Positions 9,473 to 20,434 of a DNA stretch of 64,000 bases are shown here, one piece after another. Origin of the DNA: an uncultured delta proteobacterium (GTDB lineage: Bacteria; Desulfobacterota; Desulfomonilia; Desulfomonilales; Desulfomonilaceae); contig CAWBKB010000007.1 of NCBI GenBank assembly GCA_963789265.1, positions 448,001 to 512,000 on the forward strand, given 5' to 3'. The position numbers were made by a program, and so were the translations under genes. Numbering within the stretch: the stretch's first letter is position 1; the number at the start of each line of letters is the position of its first letter. The notes beneath the pieces were generated by a model that was not told where the DNA came from, made no database searches, and saw only the letters and a program-made list of their open reading frames with translations.

Positions 9473-11910
9473 TTATCTTGACCTTTGTCACTCCTCTGCA
9501 AAACCATTTCCAAGATTGAAGCACAAACGCTCTTGCCGCTGCCGGCCCGATTTCTCAACGGGATGTCCTTGATTTGCACGTTTTTGTCTTTGCCCCTTTT
9601 GGGTTTGATCTGCAAGCAATCGCCGGGATTCACTAGTTCCATAGCAATCACCTGAAATCCGGAAGTCACCTTCATCATCCGTGCCCCGCGTGCCGGACCG
9701 GCCAGGATTGGGACTTGATCCACGGGAAACACGAGAATGTTACCGGAATCCGTTGCGACGGCGACAAATTCCCCATCCTCCGGCTTCACCGTAATGACCT
9801 CGTCATCTCCTTCCAGGTTCACCAGACGCCTACCCATACGTTTGGTGGGCTCTCGAAGAATGGAATAATCGAATCGGAAGCCTTTTCCCAGGCGGGTTGT
9901 CAGCACGCCTCTCGAGCACAAGGATACTTCAGAGCTTGCCGCCGTTTCAGGCGTGCTGCTCGGCTGGTCGAAGAGGTACTCCTGGGATGGGGGATGGCCA
10001 TTGTTGTCGGGTTCGACCGCTATTACCTCTTCTTGGCCGGCCACATGTCCCCCGCCGATCCCGGCGTTCGTGGCAGGATCGGGGGCTATAAAGCCCACAA
10101 CAAACTCGCCGTCCACAAAGTTAAACAGGCTTCCGATAGGCTCTCCGAAGCCCGGTGTCGCGGGGATATCCAGAGCTCTCACCACATAAACTTTCCCCAG
10201 GTTCGATAAGATCGCCACGGTCTTGCCTGTGTTCACCCTTGCCAAACCGAAGAGGCTGTCACCTTCACGGAATTTCAAAGAAGCCTCTTCTCCGACTTCA
10301 CTCTTGATGCGTCGAATCCATCCTTGCCTGGACAGGATAACGGTCGAGTCCGCGTGTTCCACGAATTCCTCGGGGTCATATTCCAGCGCGGCCGCCTCCT
10401 GTTCACCCACAATTCGCGTACGCCTCTTGTCGCCGAACTTCGCCGCGACATCGGCCAGTTCACGGTCGATGATGTTCCAGAGCCGCTCGGAACCGGCCAA
10501 GTCTCGTGATATTTCCTCAGCCTCCTTTTTCTTGGCCGCACGTTCGTCCAGAAGCTTACCGATTTCCATGCCTACGAGCTTGTACAGCCGCGTCTCGAGG
10601 ATGGCCTCGATTTGCTCGTCGTCCAAAGGGAATTTCTCTCTCAGACCCTGCTCCGCTTCGTGTCGACTCCTGGCCGAACGGATTATTCGCAGGACTTCGT
10701 CAAGATCGCGAAAGACTAGAGCGAAGCCGTCAAGCACGTGAATCCGCTTTTGAAGAATCTCCAATGTGTGATTTAGTCTGCGAACGGTCTTGTCGTATCT
10801 GAAGTCAAGGAAATACCTGATAATAGCGGCAAGCCCGAGCCTCTCGGGTACTCCTTCGGGCGTGATAGCGATAAAGTTTAGTGGAAAATTGATCTGTAAG
10901 TCCGTATGCTTGTAAAGAAAGGCCATTACGGAATCGGGCTTGACGCCTACTCCTCGCAGTTCCAGAACTATCCGCACATCTTTGGTACTTTCGTCCCTTA
11001 CATCTTGGACGTATTTGAGTTTCTTGTCCCCGATCAGTTGCGCTATGCGCTCTATAAGTCGGGACTTGTTGACTGAATATGGAATGGACGTAACAATCAA
11101 ATTGGTACGCCCGTGCATCGCACTCTCCACCTCGTAAGTGCCGCGGACTCTGACGGCACCGTGGCCGGCCTTGTAAATGTCCGCCAGGTGATCCGAGTGC
11201 TCCAGGATTTCTCCACCTGTGGGAAAATCAGGGCCTTTGATGTGCGTCAGGAGATCTCCGGTTTTCAGATCGCTACGCTTGATTGCCGCTCGACACGCCG
11301 CAACAACCTCGCCCATGTTGTGGGGCGGAAAAGAGCAGCTCATGCCGACCGCTATGCCGGATGAGCCGTTGAGTAGGAGATTTGGCACGGCTGAAGGCAG
11401 CACGTCGGGTTCTTCACCTATGGCATCGTAGGTGGGCCTGAAATCGGTGGTACCTCGATCAATATCTCTTAGAAGCGCTCCCGCGAAAGTGCTCAGTCTG
11501 GTTTCCGTGTATCGCATCGCGGCCGGCGAGTCGCCGTCGATTGAACCAAAGTTCCCCGAACCGTCGATAAGGGGATATCTCAGGCTGAAATCCTGAGCCA
11601 TTCGAACGAGCGCGTCGTAGGCAGCCTGATCTCCGTGAGGGTGATATTTTCCAATAACCTCGCCCACAACCGCTGCGGACTTTCTCATTTTTGCCGCGTC
11701 GCTTAGCCGCATTGAATGCATGGCGTAGAGTATCCGACGGTGTACGGGCTTGAGCCCATCCCGAACGTCAGGTAATGCCCGGGACACAATGGTGGAGAGC
11801 GCATAGGCAAGATAACGTTTTTCGACTTCCAGGTGTATTGAGGCCTGAGTCTCGCCTCCGCCCTTTTCACGTTTTGGAATCTGCACGTTGTTATTTCCTT
11901 TGGTTCGCAT
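9469..11910 (-). CDS. parC: Type IIA topoisomerase A subunit, ParC-like
   Basis: [22 protein letters not shown], catalytic [15 protein letters not shown]; no canonical QxRGGKG GyrA-box; reduced C-terminal pinwheel. Confidence 0.75.
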   Translation of the reverse strand: MRTKGNNNVQIPKREKGGGETQASIHLEVEKRYLAYALSTIVSRALPDVRDGLKPVHRRILYAMHSMRLSDAAKMRKSAAVVGEVIGKYHPHGDQAAYDALVRMAQDFSLRYPLIDGSGNFGSIDGDSPAAMRYTETRLSTFAGALLRDIDRGTTDFRPTYDAIGEEPDVLPSAVPNLLLNGSSGIAVGMSCSFPPHNMGEVVAACRAAIKRSDLKTGDLLTHIKGPDFPTGGEILEHSDHLADIYKAGHGAVRVRGTYEVESAMHGRTNLIVTSIPYSVNKSRLIERIAQLIGDKKLKYVQDVRDESTKDVRIVLELRGVGVKPDSVMAFLYKHTDLQINFPLNFIAITPEGVPERLGLAAIIRYFLDFRYDKTVRRLNHTLEILQKRIHVLDGFALVFRDLDEVLRIIRSARSRHEAEQGLREKFPLDDEQIEAILETRLYKLVGMEIGKLLDERAAKKKEAEEISRDLAGSERLWNIIDRELADVAAKFGDKRRTRIVGEQEAAALEYDPEEFVEHADSTVILSRQGWIRRIKSEVGEEASLKFREGDSLFGLARVNTGKTVAILSNLGKVYVVRALDIPATPGFGEPIGSLFNFVDGEFVVGFIAPDPATNAGIGGGHVAGQEEVIAVEPDNNGHPPSQEYLFDQPSSTPETAASSEVSLCSRGVLTTRLGKGFRFDYSILREPTKRMGRRLVNLEGDDEVITVKPEDGEFVAVATDSGNILVFPVDQVPILAGPARGARMMKVTSGFQVIAMELVNPGDCLQIKPKRGKDKNVQIKDIPLRNRAGSGKSVCASILEMVLQRSDKGQDK

Positions 11911-12047
11911 GCTCGCTTACCCCAACCTATCTTCCGCTTCGCGGACCGGGAACACAACATAGCCGAGGGGAAATTTATATCAATACAAAAAAACGGCAAG
12001 AGCTAAAGAGGATCATGATCGAGGTGAGACAAGTGGGCAAACGGATC

Positions 12048-12299
12048 GAAACTGTCCCAAAAGTGCGGATCTGGTGGAGACCGTGCCACGATTCTTGGCA
12101 TCAAAATAGTTTTGATGCTCGGAATCGTGGCACGATGGCAGCCCGGCACTAAAGTACCGGTCTACTCTCAATCGCCCCAATGGGGCTCAAATACTGGCGT
12201 CCCGTGGGGACCGGAGACAGTAGCCCGGTAAATCATTGCCGGGGAAAAGGGTCATTCGTGGTACGATTTCGTCCAGTTCAAGGGTTTTGAGGCACTTTC
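12048..12299. mobile_element. MITE-family composite copy (no perfect target duplication)
   Basis: Ends GAAACTGTCCCAAAA ... TTTTGAGGCACTTTC; subterminal sequence shared with copies at 35258, 37509 and 45201. Confidence 0.7.
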
Positions 12300-12346
12300 A
12301 GATGCCTGTCCCACCAATGGGATTGCTTCGCTTCGCTCGCAATGAC
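12300..12346. repeat. REP remnant plus GTCATTGCGAG-family repeat arm
   Basis: agatgcctgtcccacc and gattgcttcgcttcgctcgcaatgac, matching repeats at 28627-28753 and 62228-62283. Confidence 0.7.
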
Positions 12347-12642
12347 AACCCTTCGTCGCGCGCAAGTGAATGCTTACAACCACCGAGAGCATTTCATTGA
12401 CTTTGACACCGCGTTATGTTAGCGTTATCACACAAAAAATATAGCCCCATTGCCTCTGGTCTTTCCTCCATGACTGTATCGAATATCATGGCTGGCTCTC
12501 GCGGATTCGGCCCGAGTCGTGACGACCGGACCTCTCTTACCGGTCAATATCGAAGCCTGCTCCACGAGCCCCACAGACCTTTTCCCACAATGCCGGATTA
12601 CCGACCGGATCAACGAATCTCCAAATCAGCGCAGGAATCGGC

Positions 12643-14037
12643 ATGGCCAAAGTCAAAGTAGACGCAAAGCAGGCCCTGGACGACATTCGAGCAGGGATGA
12701 GCGATTCTGACTTGATGGACAAGTACAAGATCTCAGCTAAAGGGCTCCAGAGCCTCTTCGATAAGTTGTTGACGGCCCGACTGGTCACTCAAGCAGAACT
12801 CGACGAAAGGGTGCTTTTGACTGAGAAGACTGTGGAGCTTACGATCTATAGATGTCCAGCCTGCGGTATGCCGCAGTTCATGGAATTTGACGAATGTCCC
12901 CAGTGCGGAATCATAGTGTCCAAATTCAAGAAGAGACGTGCAGACCGCCCTTCCGAAGCGAAAGACAAAAGCGCTCATGGAGCCGAGTCTATCGGCGCAG
13001 ATGCCAAGGGACGGGAAGACGTCATATTTCGTTCCAATCTGCGGCGCACCGGCTTCTATGACACCAGGGGAGTCACCAAACTCACCCAACTGAAGTGGAA
13101 GTTCAAGACAGGCGGATGGGTGTCTTCTTCCCCTGCTGTAGCGCAGGACGGGGTCTATTTTGGGAGTCTCGACGGCAGCTTTTATGCTGTAGATAAGGAA
13201 ACAGCCAAGGAGAAATGGAAGTTTAAGACGGGGGGCTCAATATACTCTTCCTGTGCAATAGTGGGATCGACAGTCTTTTTTGGCAGCCTCGACGGCGCAG
13301 TATACGGTTTGGACCGCCTGAAGGGAGGTCCGCAATTCAAATTCGTGACCGCCGGACCGGTCTATTCTTCCCCGGCAGCAGCCGACGGATATGTCTATTT
13401 TGGGAGTCTCGACGGCTATCTTTATGCTGTTGATCTCACGACACAAACCGAGCGGTGGAAGTTCAAGACCGGCGGGCCCGTATATTCCACGCCTGCAATG
13501 GGCGAGGGGATTGTTTACTTTGGAAGCCTGGATGGGAATCTTTATGGTGTGGAGGTCCTTTCCGGCAAGCAAGTGTGGAAGTTCAAGACATCAGGACCGG
13601 TATCAACCGCCGCGGCCATAGACAAGGGCACGGTATATTTTGGGAGTGGCGATCGAAGTCTCTATGCTGTTGACACGGGCACTGGCCAGGAAAAATGGCA
13701 TTTCAGGGCTGGAGACAAGATATCGTCCTCGCCGGCGGTTGCGCATGGTGTCGTCTACTTCGGTAGCGCCGATCGGCGCGTATACGCGGTGGATCTTAAA
13801 ACGTGCCTCGAAAAATGGAAGTTCGAAACAGGCGGTGCGGTCTATTCTTCCCCGACGGTCGCCGGTGCAATGGTATATTTTGGCAGCATAGACAGTACCT
13901 TGTACGCATTGGACCTGAACGCGGGGCAGAAGATTTGGACGTTCAAGACCGAAAGCCCGGTGTATTCGTCGCCGGCGATAGCCGACGGCGTTATATACTT
14001 CGGAAGCGATGACGGGCATTTGTACGCAATTCGGTGA
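12643..14037 (+). CDS. HTH-like domain + Zn ribbon + 8-bladed PQQ-type beta-propeller
   Basis: CPACG..CPQCG; eight 40-aa repeats W-K-F-K-T-G-G-x-V-Y-S-S-P-A...V-Y-F-G-S-x-D; no signal peptide. Confidence 0.88.
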   Translation: MAKVKVDAKQALDDIRAGMSDSDLMDKYKISAKGLQSLFDKLLTARLVTQAELDERVLLTEKTVELTIYRCPACGMPQFMEFDECPQCGIIVSKFKKRRADRPSEAKDKSAHGAESIGADAKGREDVIFRSNLRRTGFYDTRGVTKLTQLKWKFKTGGWVSSSPAVAQDGVYFGSLDGSFYAVDKETAKEKWKFKTGGSIYSSCAIVGSTVFFGSLDGAVYGLDRLKGGPQFKFVTAGPVYSSPAAADGYVYFGSLDGYLYAVDLTTQTERWKFKTGGPVYSTPAMGEGIVYFGSLDGNLYGVEVLSGKQVWKFKTSGPVSTAAAIDKGTVYFGSGDRSLYAVDTGTGQEKWHFRAGDKISSSPAVAHGVVYFGSADRRVYAVDLKTCLEKWKFETGGAVYSSPTVAGAMVYFGSIDSTLYALDLNAGQKIWTFKTESPVYSSPAIADGVIYFGSDDGHLYAIR

Positions 14038-14113
14038 AGCACGCTTCTTGCCGCAAACATTGACTATACTTACGCCAATTCAAAAATGTTGTGAGCGCTC
14101 ACTGTGAACCTTG

Positions 14114-14173
14114 TAACCGGCACAGAGGCCGGTCCTCCTATGATCCCGGTAGGACCGGCCTCTGTGCCGGTTA
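14114..14173. repeat. Perfect 23-bp inverted repeat (REP pair or terminator)
   Basis: taaccggcacagaggccggtcct (14114-14136) / aggaccggcctctgtgccggtta (14151-14173). Confidence 0.85.
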
Positions 14174-14434
14174 AGCCTGACAGCCCGTGAACCCCTTTTC
14201 GCTGAATGGTTACGAAATATTATAGTGAGCTGCATCGAGATTCACTCTTTTCCTCAAACTTGAAGCAGGCGCATCATGCTGTATGTTATGTAAAGGCACC
14301 GTATGCCGTGCCTGGGAGTGAATTGCTGTTTGCTGACAGTTCACTGCGGTATCGCTAACAGCGCGTTTGTCTGGAAGGCCAAACGGCCGCCAAAGCCTGC
14401 CATTGCAAGGGGGAGTAGTACTGAGGAACTTTGA

Positions 14435-15160
14435 ATGGAAAAAAGGAAGATTACGGCAAGAGAGGTGCTTAGAGATATCAGGTCCGGAGTAAACGATCAG
14501 GAACTTATGAAGAAATACTCCCTATCGGCTCAAGGCATTCAGAGCGTTTTTAACAAAATGGTGAGCGCGCGAGTGATTACCCAGGCCGAGTTGGATGACA
14601 GGATCCCTCTCACCGAAAGAACAGTGGACCTGGGGCTCTTTATATGCCCTGCGTGCGGGAACATTCAGGGGAAAGAATTTTCTGTGTGTCCTCGCTGCGG
14701 CTTTACAGCTCCCGGGAAGGCTAAAGCTGCTCAAGACAACCGAACAGGGATAAGCCGAGAAAAAAGCGCTTCCGCTCCGGTGCACCCTCAGAAAGCCGGT
14801 ACCCAGGTCAGCCCGCGGGCCGTGCCTCTCCCCAAAATTGAGGAAGAGACGGAAGCAGAGAGGGCCGGGGACACGTTTTCGGACTTGAGAAAAACTCTGA
14901 CCTATTGTCGGGTACTTGGAATCGCGGCTTTGGTCTCATACGTCTTAATCGTCGCAGGCATTTTCGTCATCCTCCCGGCGGGTCAACTTTCCGGTGGTTC
15001 ATTCCTTCTTCAATCTTTGCTCTCCCTCGCAATGCTGGCCATTCCCGCAATAGCGTTCGCACTCATCGTATTGATGACATTGCGCACGCTGACCGACGCG
15101 ATGAAGATCTTCGCCAATGTGGCCGGTCCTATGATGCGGAAACGACCACCGCAGGGATAA
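14435..15160 (+). CDS. Membrane protein with the same HTH-like + Zn-ribbon N-terminus as 12643
   Basis: DIRSGVNDQELMKKYSLSAQGIQSVFNKM..QAELDDR..CPACG..CPRCG; two C-terminal TM helices. Confidence 0.85.
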   Translation: MEKRKITAREVLRDIRSGVNDQELMKKYSLSAQGIQSVFNKMVSARVITQAELDDRIPLTERTVDLGLFICPACGNIQGKEFSVCPRCGFTAPGKAKAAQDNRTGISREKSASAPVHPQKAGTQVSPRAVPLPKIEEETEAERAGDTFSDLRKTLTYCRVLGIAALVSYVLIVAGIFVILPAGQLSGGSFLLQSLLSLAMLAIPAIAFALIVLMTLRTLTDAMKIFANVAGPMMRKRPPQG

Positions 15161-15189
15161 AGTCCACGACATTGTGTCCGCGGCCCGCT

Positions 15190-15723
15190 TCATGCGCCGT
15201 CCAATACGTGGTGTTCCTTCTCGATGAACCAGGATTCAGGATTGGTAAAATACAGTTTCAGGTCTTCCAGGGCCACAAAGTGTCTACGCTCTTCCGTTAT
15301 CATGTGTTTCACGAAATCTTGTTCCAAAGGTTCGACGGCCTTTCTTAGCTGCTCTTCATAGAAGGTTATGGCACCCTGTTCCATTTGGACGCCTATTTCG
15401 AGTGCTTCGAGGTCGCCGGATTCCGCTTTCACTTTCGGTCCGAGCTCGGCGACTCTCTCTTTCATGAGCTTATTTAGATCTTCGTTCTCTACGCGGCACG
15501 CCTTCCAGTCTTCGGACCAGGCCCTTTCTTTACGCATCTGTTCGCGGATCTGCTTCAAACGCTGGATATGAACCGCCTCTTCTGCCATCAGCGTGCGGAA
15601 AGTCTCTTTTCCGAGCTCATTAGTACACGTAGCTACCGCGTCCTTGTAAAAATCCCTCCCCTTCTCTTCCTTTTCAATTGCAGTGGCCAACATTTGTAGC
15701 GTCTTGTCGCACCAATCTTCCAT
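15190..15723 (-). CDS. Ferritin-like / rubrerythrin-family di-iron protein
   Basis: AIEKEEKGRDFY, EEAVH, MEQGAITFY, EERRH; SD aaggag before ATG 15723. Confidence 0.85.
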   Translation of the reverse strand: MEDWCDKTLQMLATAIEKEEKGRDFYKDAVATCTNELGKETFRTLMAEEAVHIQRLKQIREQMRKERAWSEDWKACRVENEDLNKLMKERVAELGPKVKAESGDLEALEIGVQMEQGAITFYEEQLRKAVEPLEQDFVKHMITEERRHFVALEDLKLYFTNPESWFIEKEHHVLDGA

Positions 15724-15827
15724 TTTCCGGTCTCCTTGCATTAAGTTGATTGATTGTCACATACTATCGGCACAAAGCCCCAATGCCCGTTCGCAGTCAA
15801 AGAAATGACAATCTTGGCAAAGGCGCG

Positions 15828-15914
15828 GTGGAACAGGCTTCCAGCCTGTGGCTGACGGACGGGCAGGATGCCCATCCCCACTGCAACCCCGCGTTTCGTG
15901 CGGGGCGTCCCCAC
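15828..15914. repeat. GTGG-type REP mosaic
   Basis: gtggaacaggcttccagcctgt...gggcaggatgcccatccccac followed by a mini-palindrome. Confidence 0.65.
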
Positions 15915-16038
15915 CAAATCATTTTCATTCCGGGATTACTTTTGGGAATCACTATATATCCCGCTTTCCCAGCAAAAACGGACAATCCGCCGGAAACAGG
16001 GCCTGACCTATTTAAGAGCACATAAGCATCAATTGTTT

Positions 16039-16079
16039 TCTGATTCCCAGTCCCGCGAGACGCGGGATTGGGAACCAGA
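16039..16079. repeat. Palindromic repeat with an internal TCCCGCG-aga-CGCGGGA unit
   Basis: tctgattcccag-tcccgcgagacgcggga-ttgggaaccaga. Confidence 0.7.
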
Positions 16080-16241
16080 ACTCTAACGACTTTCGTGTCA
16101 CGATCTCGACCCGGTCCGCACTGTTGAAACAGCCTCCACGCTGCGCCCAGGGCACCGCATCCGGTGCCCCTACCGCCGCTGGATTCGCGAGATTGATATC
16201 TTTATACCGTGACGGAAACCTCGTATCAATTTTTGTTCCGG

Positions 16242-16760
16242 CTATTTCGCAGTCAGTTCCGCCGGCATAGTAAAGACCCGCGTTGCCAGTTCCGCATCTA
16301 TCATGAAAAGTGCAGCCCCCTGGTTCCCTGCAAGTTTTAGCTTCTGAACTACCGCATCCGCGGAAGCTTCTTCTTCCACCTGCTCGGTGACAAACCACTG
16401 CAAAAAAGTGCCGGCAGCGTGATCCTTTTCCAGCAATGCGAGGTCCACGAGATTGTTTATCAGACCTGTTACCTTTTGTTCGTGCAGATACGCATCCTCG
16501 AATGCGCTCAAAGGCGAATCCCATTTGGTAGGAGGTCCCTCTACCGGCGACAGAACCACCCTGCCGCCGCGATCGTTGATGAAATTATAGAACTTCATTA
16601 CGTGGACCATTTCTTCCTGAGCCTGGCAACGCATCCAGTTCGCAAAACCCTTCAGATTGATCGCTTCGAAATAAGCCGACATGGAGAGGTAAAGGTAAGC
16701 TGAATAAAGCTCGGCGTTGAGCTGGCCGTTAAATGCATCTTGAACATCCTGGCTGATCAT
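16242..16760 (-). CDS. ftnA: Non-heme ferritin
   Basis: QLNAELYSAYLYLSMS, QAQEEMVH, HEQKVT, FLQWFVTEQVEEE. Confidence 0.95.
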   Translation of the reverse strand: MISQDVQDAFNGQLNAELYSAYLYLSMSAYFEAINLKGFANWMRCQAQEEMVHVMKFYNFINDRGGRVVLSPVEGPPTKWDSPLSAFEDAYLHEQKVTGLINNLVDLALLEKDHAAGTFLQWFVTEQVEEEASADAVVQKLKLAGNQGAALFMIDAELATRVFTMPAELTAK

Positions 16761-16871
16761 CTTGGCGCCTCCTTATATAGCCTCTGTGTGCTTTAGGGTA
16801 TACATTTCCGTCGATGTTCGCAACCTGGTACGCGAACCGACTGGGGGCACCGGGCACGGCCCTTGGATAGG

Positions 16872-19800
16872 TTATGATTGTGCGGACTTCTCCCGAGTCT
16901 TCCTGCCGTAGATCAAATAATAAATTATAGGTACAACAAGTAAAGTGAAGGCTGTTGAAGCAAAAATACCGAAAATAAAGGACCACGCCAAACCTGAAAA
17001 GACCGGGTCTAAAGTGATGATCCAAGATCCGAAAATAGCCGCGCCCACGGTGAGCAGGATTGGGGTGAACCTGACCGCGCCGGATTCAACGATCGCATCT
17101 TTGAGGTTCTCACCCGCGCGAGTTCGGATATGGATAAAATCTATTAGTATTATGGAATTTCTCACCACAATGCCGGCGAGAGCTATCATCCCGATCATCC
17201 CGGTGGCCGTGAAGAAGATCGAATTCCGATAATGACCTATGGTCTGGGCAAACAATGCGTTGAGCAGGGCAAAGCCGGGCATGATGCCGATCATGGTCAG
17301 AGGAATAGCCACCATGATGACCAACGGAATGGCAAAAGACTCGGTCTGCTGCACCAGTAGTATATAGATAAGTATAAGGGCCCCGGCAAATGCGAGACCA
17401 AGGTCTCGGAAGACTTCAAGAGTGATCTTCCATTCCCCCTCCCCTGCCCAGTTCACTCTGAAGCCTTCGCGCAGAGGGTGCTTTCGCATTGACTCTTGTA
17501 GATCGAATATCGCATTCACGGGGCTGCGGCCGGCCATCTCGCCCGTCACAAAAACCAACCGCTCCATATTCTTGCGGTATATGGTCTGGTCTATGACGGT
17601 CTCCTTGAGTTGGCCAAGTTCGTTGAATGGAACCATCGAGCCGTCGGGTGCTTTGATTCTTATCGGCCCCATGTCTTCGGGGCGGGATCTCAACGATCTC
17701 GGAAGCCGCAGGTTCACCTCGAGTGGGGATCGCTCGGTACCCTGATGAACAATCGTCGGAGATTCTCCGCCCAGAAATATCTTTGCCGACTTGGCTATGT
17801 CCTCGACAGTGATCCCGTGCAGGCCGGCCTTCACGCGGTCAACGATGAAATTGTACTGAACCTGCGGCGCGTCAACGGAATCATCCACGTCCACAACCTT
17901 CGGTGTACGTTCCATTGCTCGCCGGACCTTGTGAGATTCGGCTATAATATCTTTGTAAGAAGCGCTGGGCGGTCCGTATACCTCGCCAACAACCGTCGAA
18001 AAAACCGGTGGACCGGGGGGCACCTCCACAATCTTCACATTGGCTCCGTACTTTTGCCCGATCTTCTGAATATCGGGTCTGATTCTCAGGACGAGCGCAT
18101 GGCTTTGAAATCCCCGGTCGTACTTTTCAAGGAGGTTCACGCGCAGATCTGCCAGGTTACTCCCCTTGCGCAGGTAGTATTGCCGCACCATCCCATTGAA
18201 ATCTATGGGAGAAGCTATCCCCACGTAGGATTCCAGGTCTCGAACTTCATTCACCGTCGACAAATAGCGCTCCAGGGCAGTCGCTACTTCGTCCGTTCGT
18301 TCCAGAGTGGTTCCTTTCGGCATATCCACGAGCATCAGGAACTCATTCTTGTTATCAAACGGCAGCATCTTAACCGGGACCAACTTCAAAACCACGAGAG
18401 ACACGGAGAGCATCAGGGCAACCACAACGCCGCCCAGAAAGAGATAGCTCTTTCTGCGGCTCTCCAAAAACGGAGTAATAATTCTGCGGTATATGCGATA
18501 GACACCTCCTTCCTTGAAATCGTAGGGCTTCTCTACTTTGTCGTACTCCTTCTTAAGCGCGTGGTAAGTAGTCCACGGAGTGACCGTGAACGCGATAGCC
18601 AGAGACATAAGCATCGCGATAGGCACGTTCAGAGCCATAGGACGCATGTAAGGCCCCATCATGCCCGTAATGAAAAAGAGAGGGACAAACGAAGCTATAA
18701 CAGCCAGAGTAGCCAGTATGGTTGGGGGCCGCACTTCGTCGACAGCCAGCAGAGTCGAATCCAGAGGCGGATGCTTTTTGAGCCTGAAATGGCGGTGGAT
18801 GTTTTCCACATCCACAATGGGGTCATCTACGAGCAGCCCGAGGGACAAAATCAGGGCGAACAGGGTGACACGATTTATCGTGTATCCCACGAGCAGGTTT
18901 GCAAGGAGCGTGACGGACAAAGTCATGGGCACGGCAAGGGCAACAATCAACGCCTCGCGCCAACCCAAAATAACCGTGAGAAGAGCCACTATGCTGAGGA
19001 CGGCAATCCCCAGGTGCTTGACCAACTCATTGACTTTCTCGTCGGCTGTCTTGCCGTAATTTCTCGTGACCAGAACCCCTATGTCGGACGGAATCACGGT
19101 TTTTTGGAGTTCTTTTACCTTCTCGATCAAACCTTCGGCCACTCGGACCGCATTGGTCCCCTTCCTCTTGGCAACCGCGATGGTGACCTGGTTATAAGGC
19201 TTGCCCTGTTCTTCCTTGATCTTCTTTGTATCCGGGTCGCGAATCGCACCGGGGCCGAATGTGAGCCGAGTGTAAGACGAAATCTCTTCAGGTCCGTCGA
19301 CAATCCGAGCAACATCGCGCAAGTACACCGGCTTGCCGTCGTGGACACCTAAGACAAGCCCTCTTATCTCTTCGGGTCTCTTGATGAACGGGCCGGAATC
19401 AACAACAATCTCCTGGTTCATGCGGTCCATGGTTCCCGCCCGGAGATTGACGTTGGCTCCCTTCAGGGCGCGCTCGATGTCGAGTACGGACACCTGCCGG
19501 GAGGCCATCTTTTCGGGCTGCAGAAGCAACCTTATCTGGCGCGTGCGCCCCCCCACGACGTATGCTCGACCGGTATCCTGAATTCTCTGCATCCGGTGGA
19601 GTATCTCGTCGGCCACACGTCTCAGTTCGAAATCAGAATACAACGAGCTGTATAGCGAGAAGGTCACGATTGGGACGTCGTCGATCTCGACGGGTCTGAC
19701 GACCCAGCCGGTGACACCCGGCGGAACCTGGTCCACGTAAGACATAATCTTGCTATGGACCTTGAGGATGCTCTGCTCCAGGTTCTGCCCCACGTAAAAA

Positions 19801-20114
19801 CGCACTGTGACAACAGCGGAACCAGGGTGGGAAGATGAATAGATGTACTCCACCCCGTCGATCTCCCACAACTTGCGCTCAAGATTTATGGTTACGAGAT
19901 TCTCTACCTCCTGAGCGGAAGCGCCCGGAAAGTTGATCATCACGTCCACCACCGGGACTACGATTTGGGGCTCTTCTTCACGAGGGGTGAGCGTCAGGGC
20001 CGCCGCCCCGGCCAACAGAGAAGCGATGATGAAAATGATCGGGAGCTTGGAAAGCAGAAAGGCTTCCACGATCCTGCCGGTAATTCCCAAATTGTATTTC
20101 TTGGAAAGGCTCAT
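16872..20114 (-). CDS. RND efflux transporter permease (AcrB/CzcA superfamily)
   Basis: 1080 aa; GLLVDDPIVDVENI, GIVVRNSIILIDFI, RFTPILLT. Confidence 0.93.
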   Translation of the reverse strand: MSLSKKYNLGITGRIVEAFLLSKLPIIFIIASLLAGAAALTLTPREEEPQIVVPVVDVMINFPGASAQEVENLVTINLERKLWEIDGVEYIYSSSHPGSAVVTVRFYVGQNLEQSILKVHSKIMSYVDQVPPGVTGWVVRPVEIDDVPIVTFSLYSSLYSDFELRRVADEILHRMQRIQDTGRAYVVGGRTRQIRLLLQPEKMASRQVSVLDIERALKGANVNLRAGTMDRMNQEIVVDSGPFIKRPEEIRGLVLGVHDGKPVYLRDVARIVDGPEEISSYTRLTFGPGAIRDPDTKKIKEEQGKPYNQVTIAVAKRKGTNAVRVAEGLIEKVKELQKTVIPSDIGVLVTRNYGKTADEKVNELVKHLGIAVLSIVALLTVILGWREALIVALAVPMTLSVTLLANLLVGYTINRVTLFALILSLGLLVDDPIVDVENIHRHFRLKKHPPLDSTLLAVDEVRPPTILATLAVIASFVPLFFITGMMGPYMRPMALNVPIAMLMSLAIAFTVTPWTTYHALKKEYDKVEKPYDFKEGGVYRIYRRIITPFLESRRKSYLFLGGVVVALMLSVSLVVLKLVPVKMLPFDNKNEFLMLVDMPKGTTLERTDEVATALERYLSTVNEVRDLESYVGIASPIDFNGMVRQYYLRKGSNLADLRVNLLEKYDRGFQSHALVLRIRPDIQKIGQKYGANVKIVEVPPGPPVFSTVVGEVYGPPSASYKDIIAESHKVRRAMERTPKVVDVDDSVDAPQVQYNFIVDRVKAGLHGITVEDIAKSAKIFLGGESPTIVHQGTERSPLEVNLRLPRSLRSRPEDMGPIRIKAPDGSMVPFNELGQLKETVIDQTIYRKNMERLVFVTGEMAGRSPVNAIFDLQESMRKHPLREGFRVNWAGEGEWKITLEVFRDLGLAFAGALILIYILLVQQTESFAIPLVIMVAIPLTMIGIMPGFALLNALFAQTIGHYRNSIFFTATGMIGMIALAGIVVRNSIILIDFIHIRTRAGENLKDAIVESGAVRFTPILLTVGAAIFGSWIITLDPVFSGLAWSFIFGIFASTAFTLLVVPIIYYLIYGRKTREKSAQS

Positions 20115-20434
20115 GAGCGTAAGTTGTTGATGTCTATGATGTAGAGGTTCGCTATGTCAACCGCCTTCGGGATGCAACTGCGCTACCCTCTTCACCCGGC
20201 CACACATTCCTCCGGCTGAACAAGGCACCGGAATTGAACAGACAGCGCAAGGTTATTAGAATAGCATTACGAGGGGGCCGACTTCGAACGAATTTTGTTT
20301 CTTGTAACCGGCAATAAGCATCATTAAGTTTTGAATTGCGAAAGCCTACCATTGAGGTCACGCTGCGTCAATTAAACATTGCAAAAAGCCTGTCTTGACA
20401 CCGGCCACCCTAATCTGTTAATGACTTATACTTC

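Noticed and set aside
13090..14037. 120-bp periodic repeats, possible CRISPR or tandem array
   Set aside because: They are coding beta-propeller blades with synonymous variation and no repeat-spacer structure.
14280..14430. Possible c-di-GMP riboswitch in the leader
   Set aside because: Only fragmentary motif similarity; the stems could not be built.
17610..19352. 580-aa + strand ORF and similar long antisense ORFs (1754, 47803, 49261, 59019)
   Set aside because: Shadow frames opposite well-supported genes, with no recognisable motifs.
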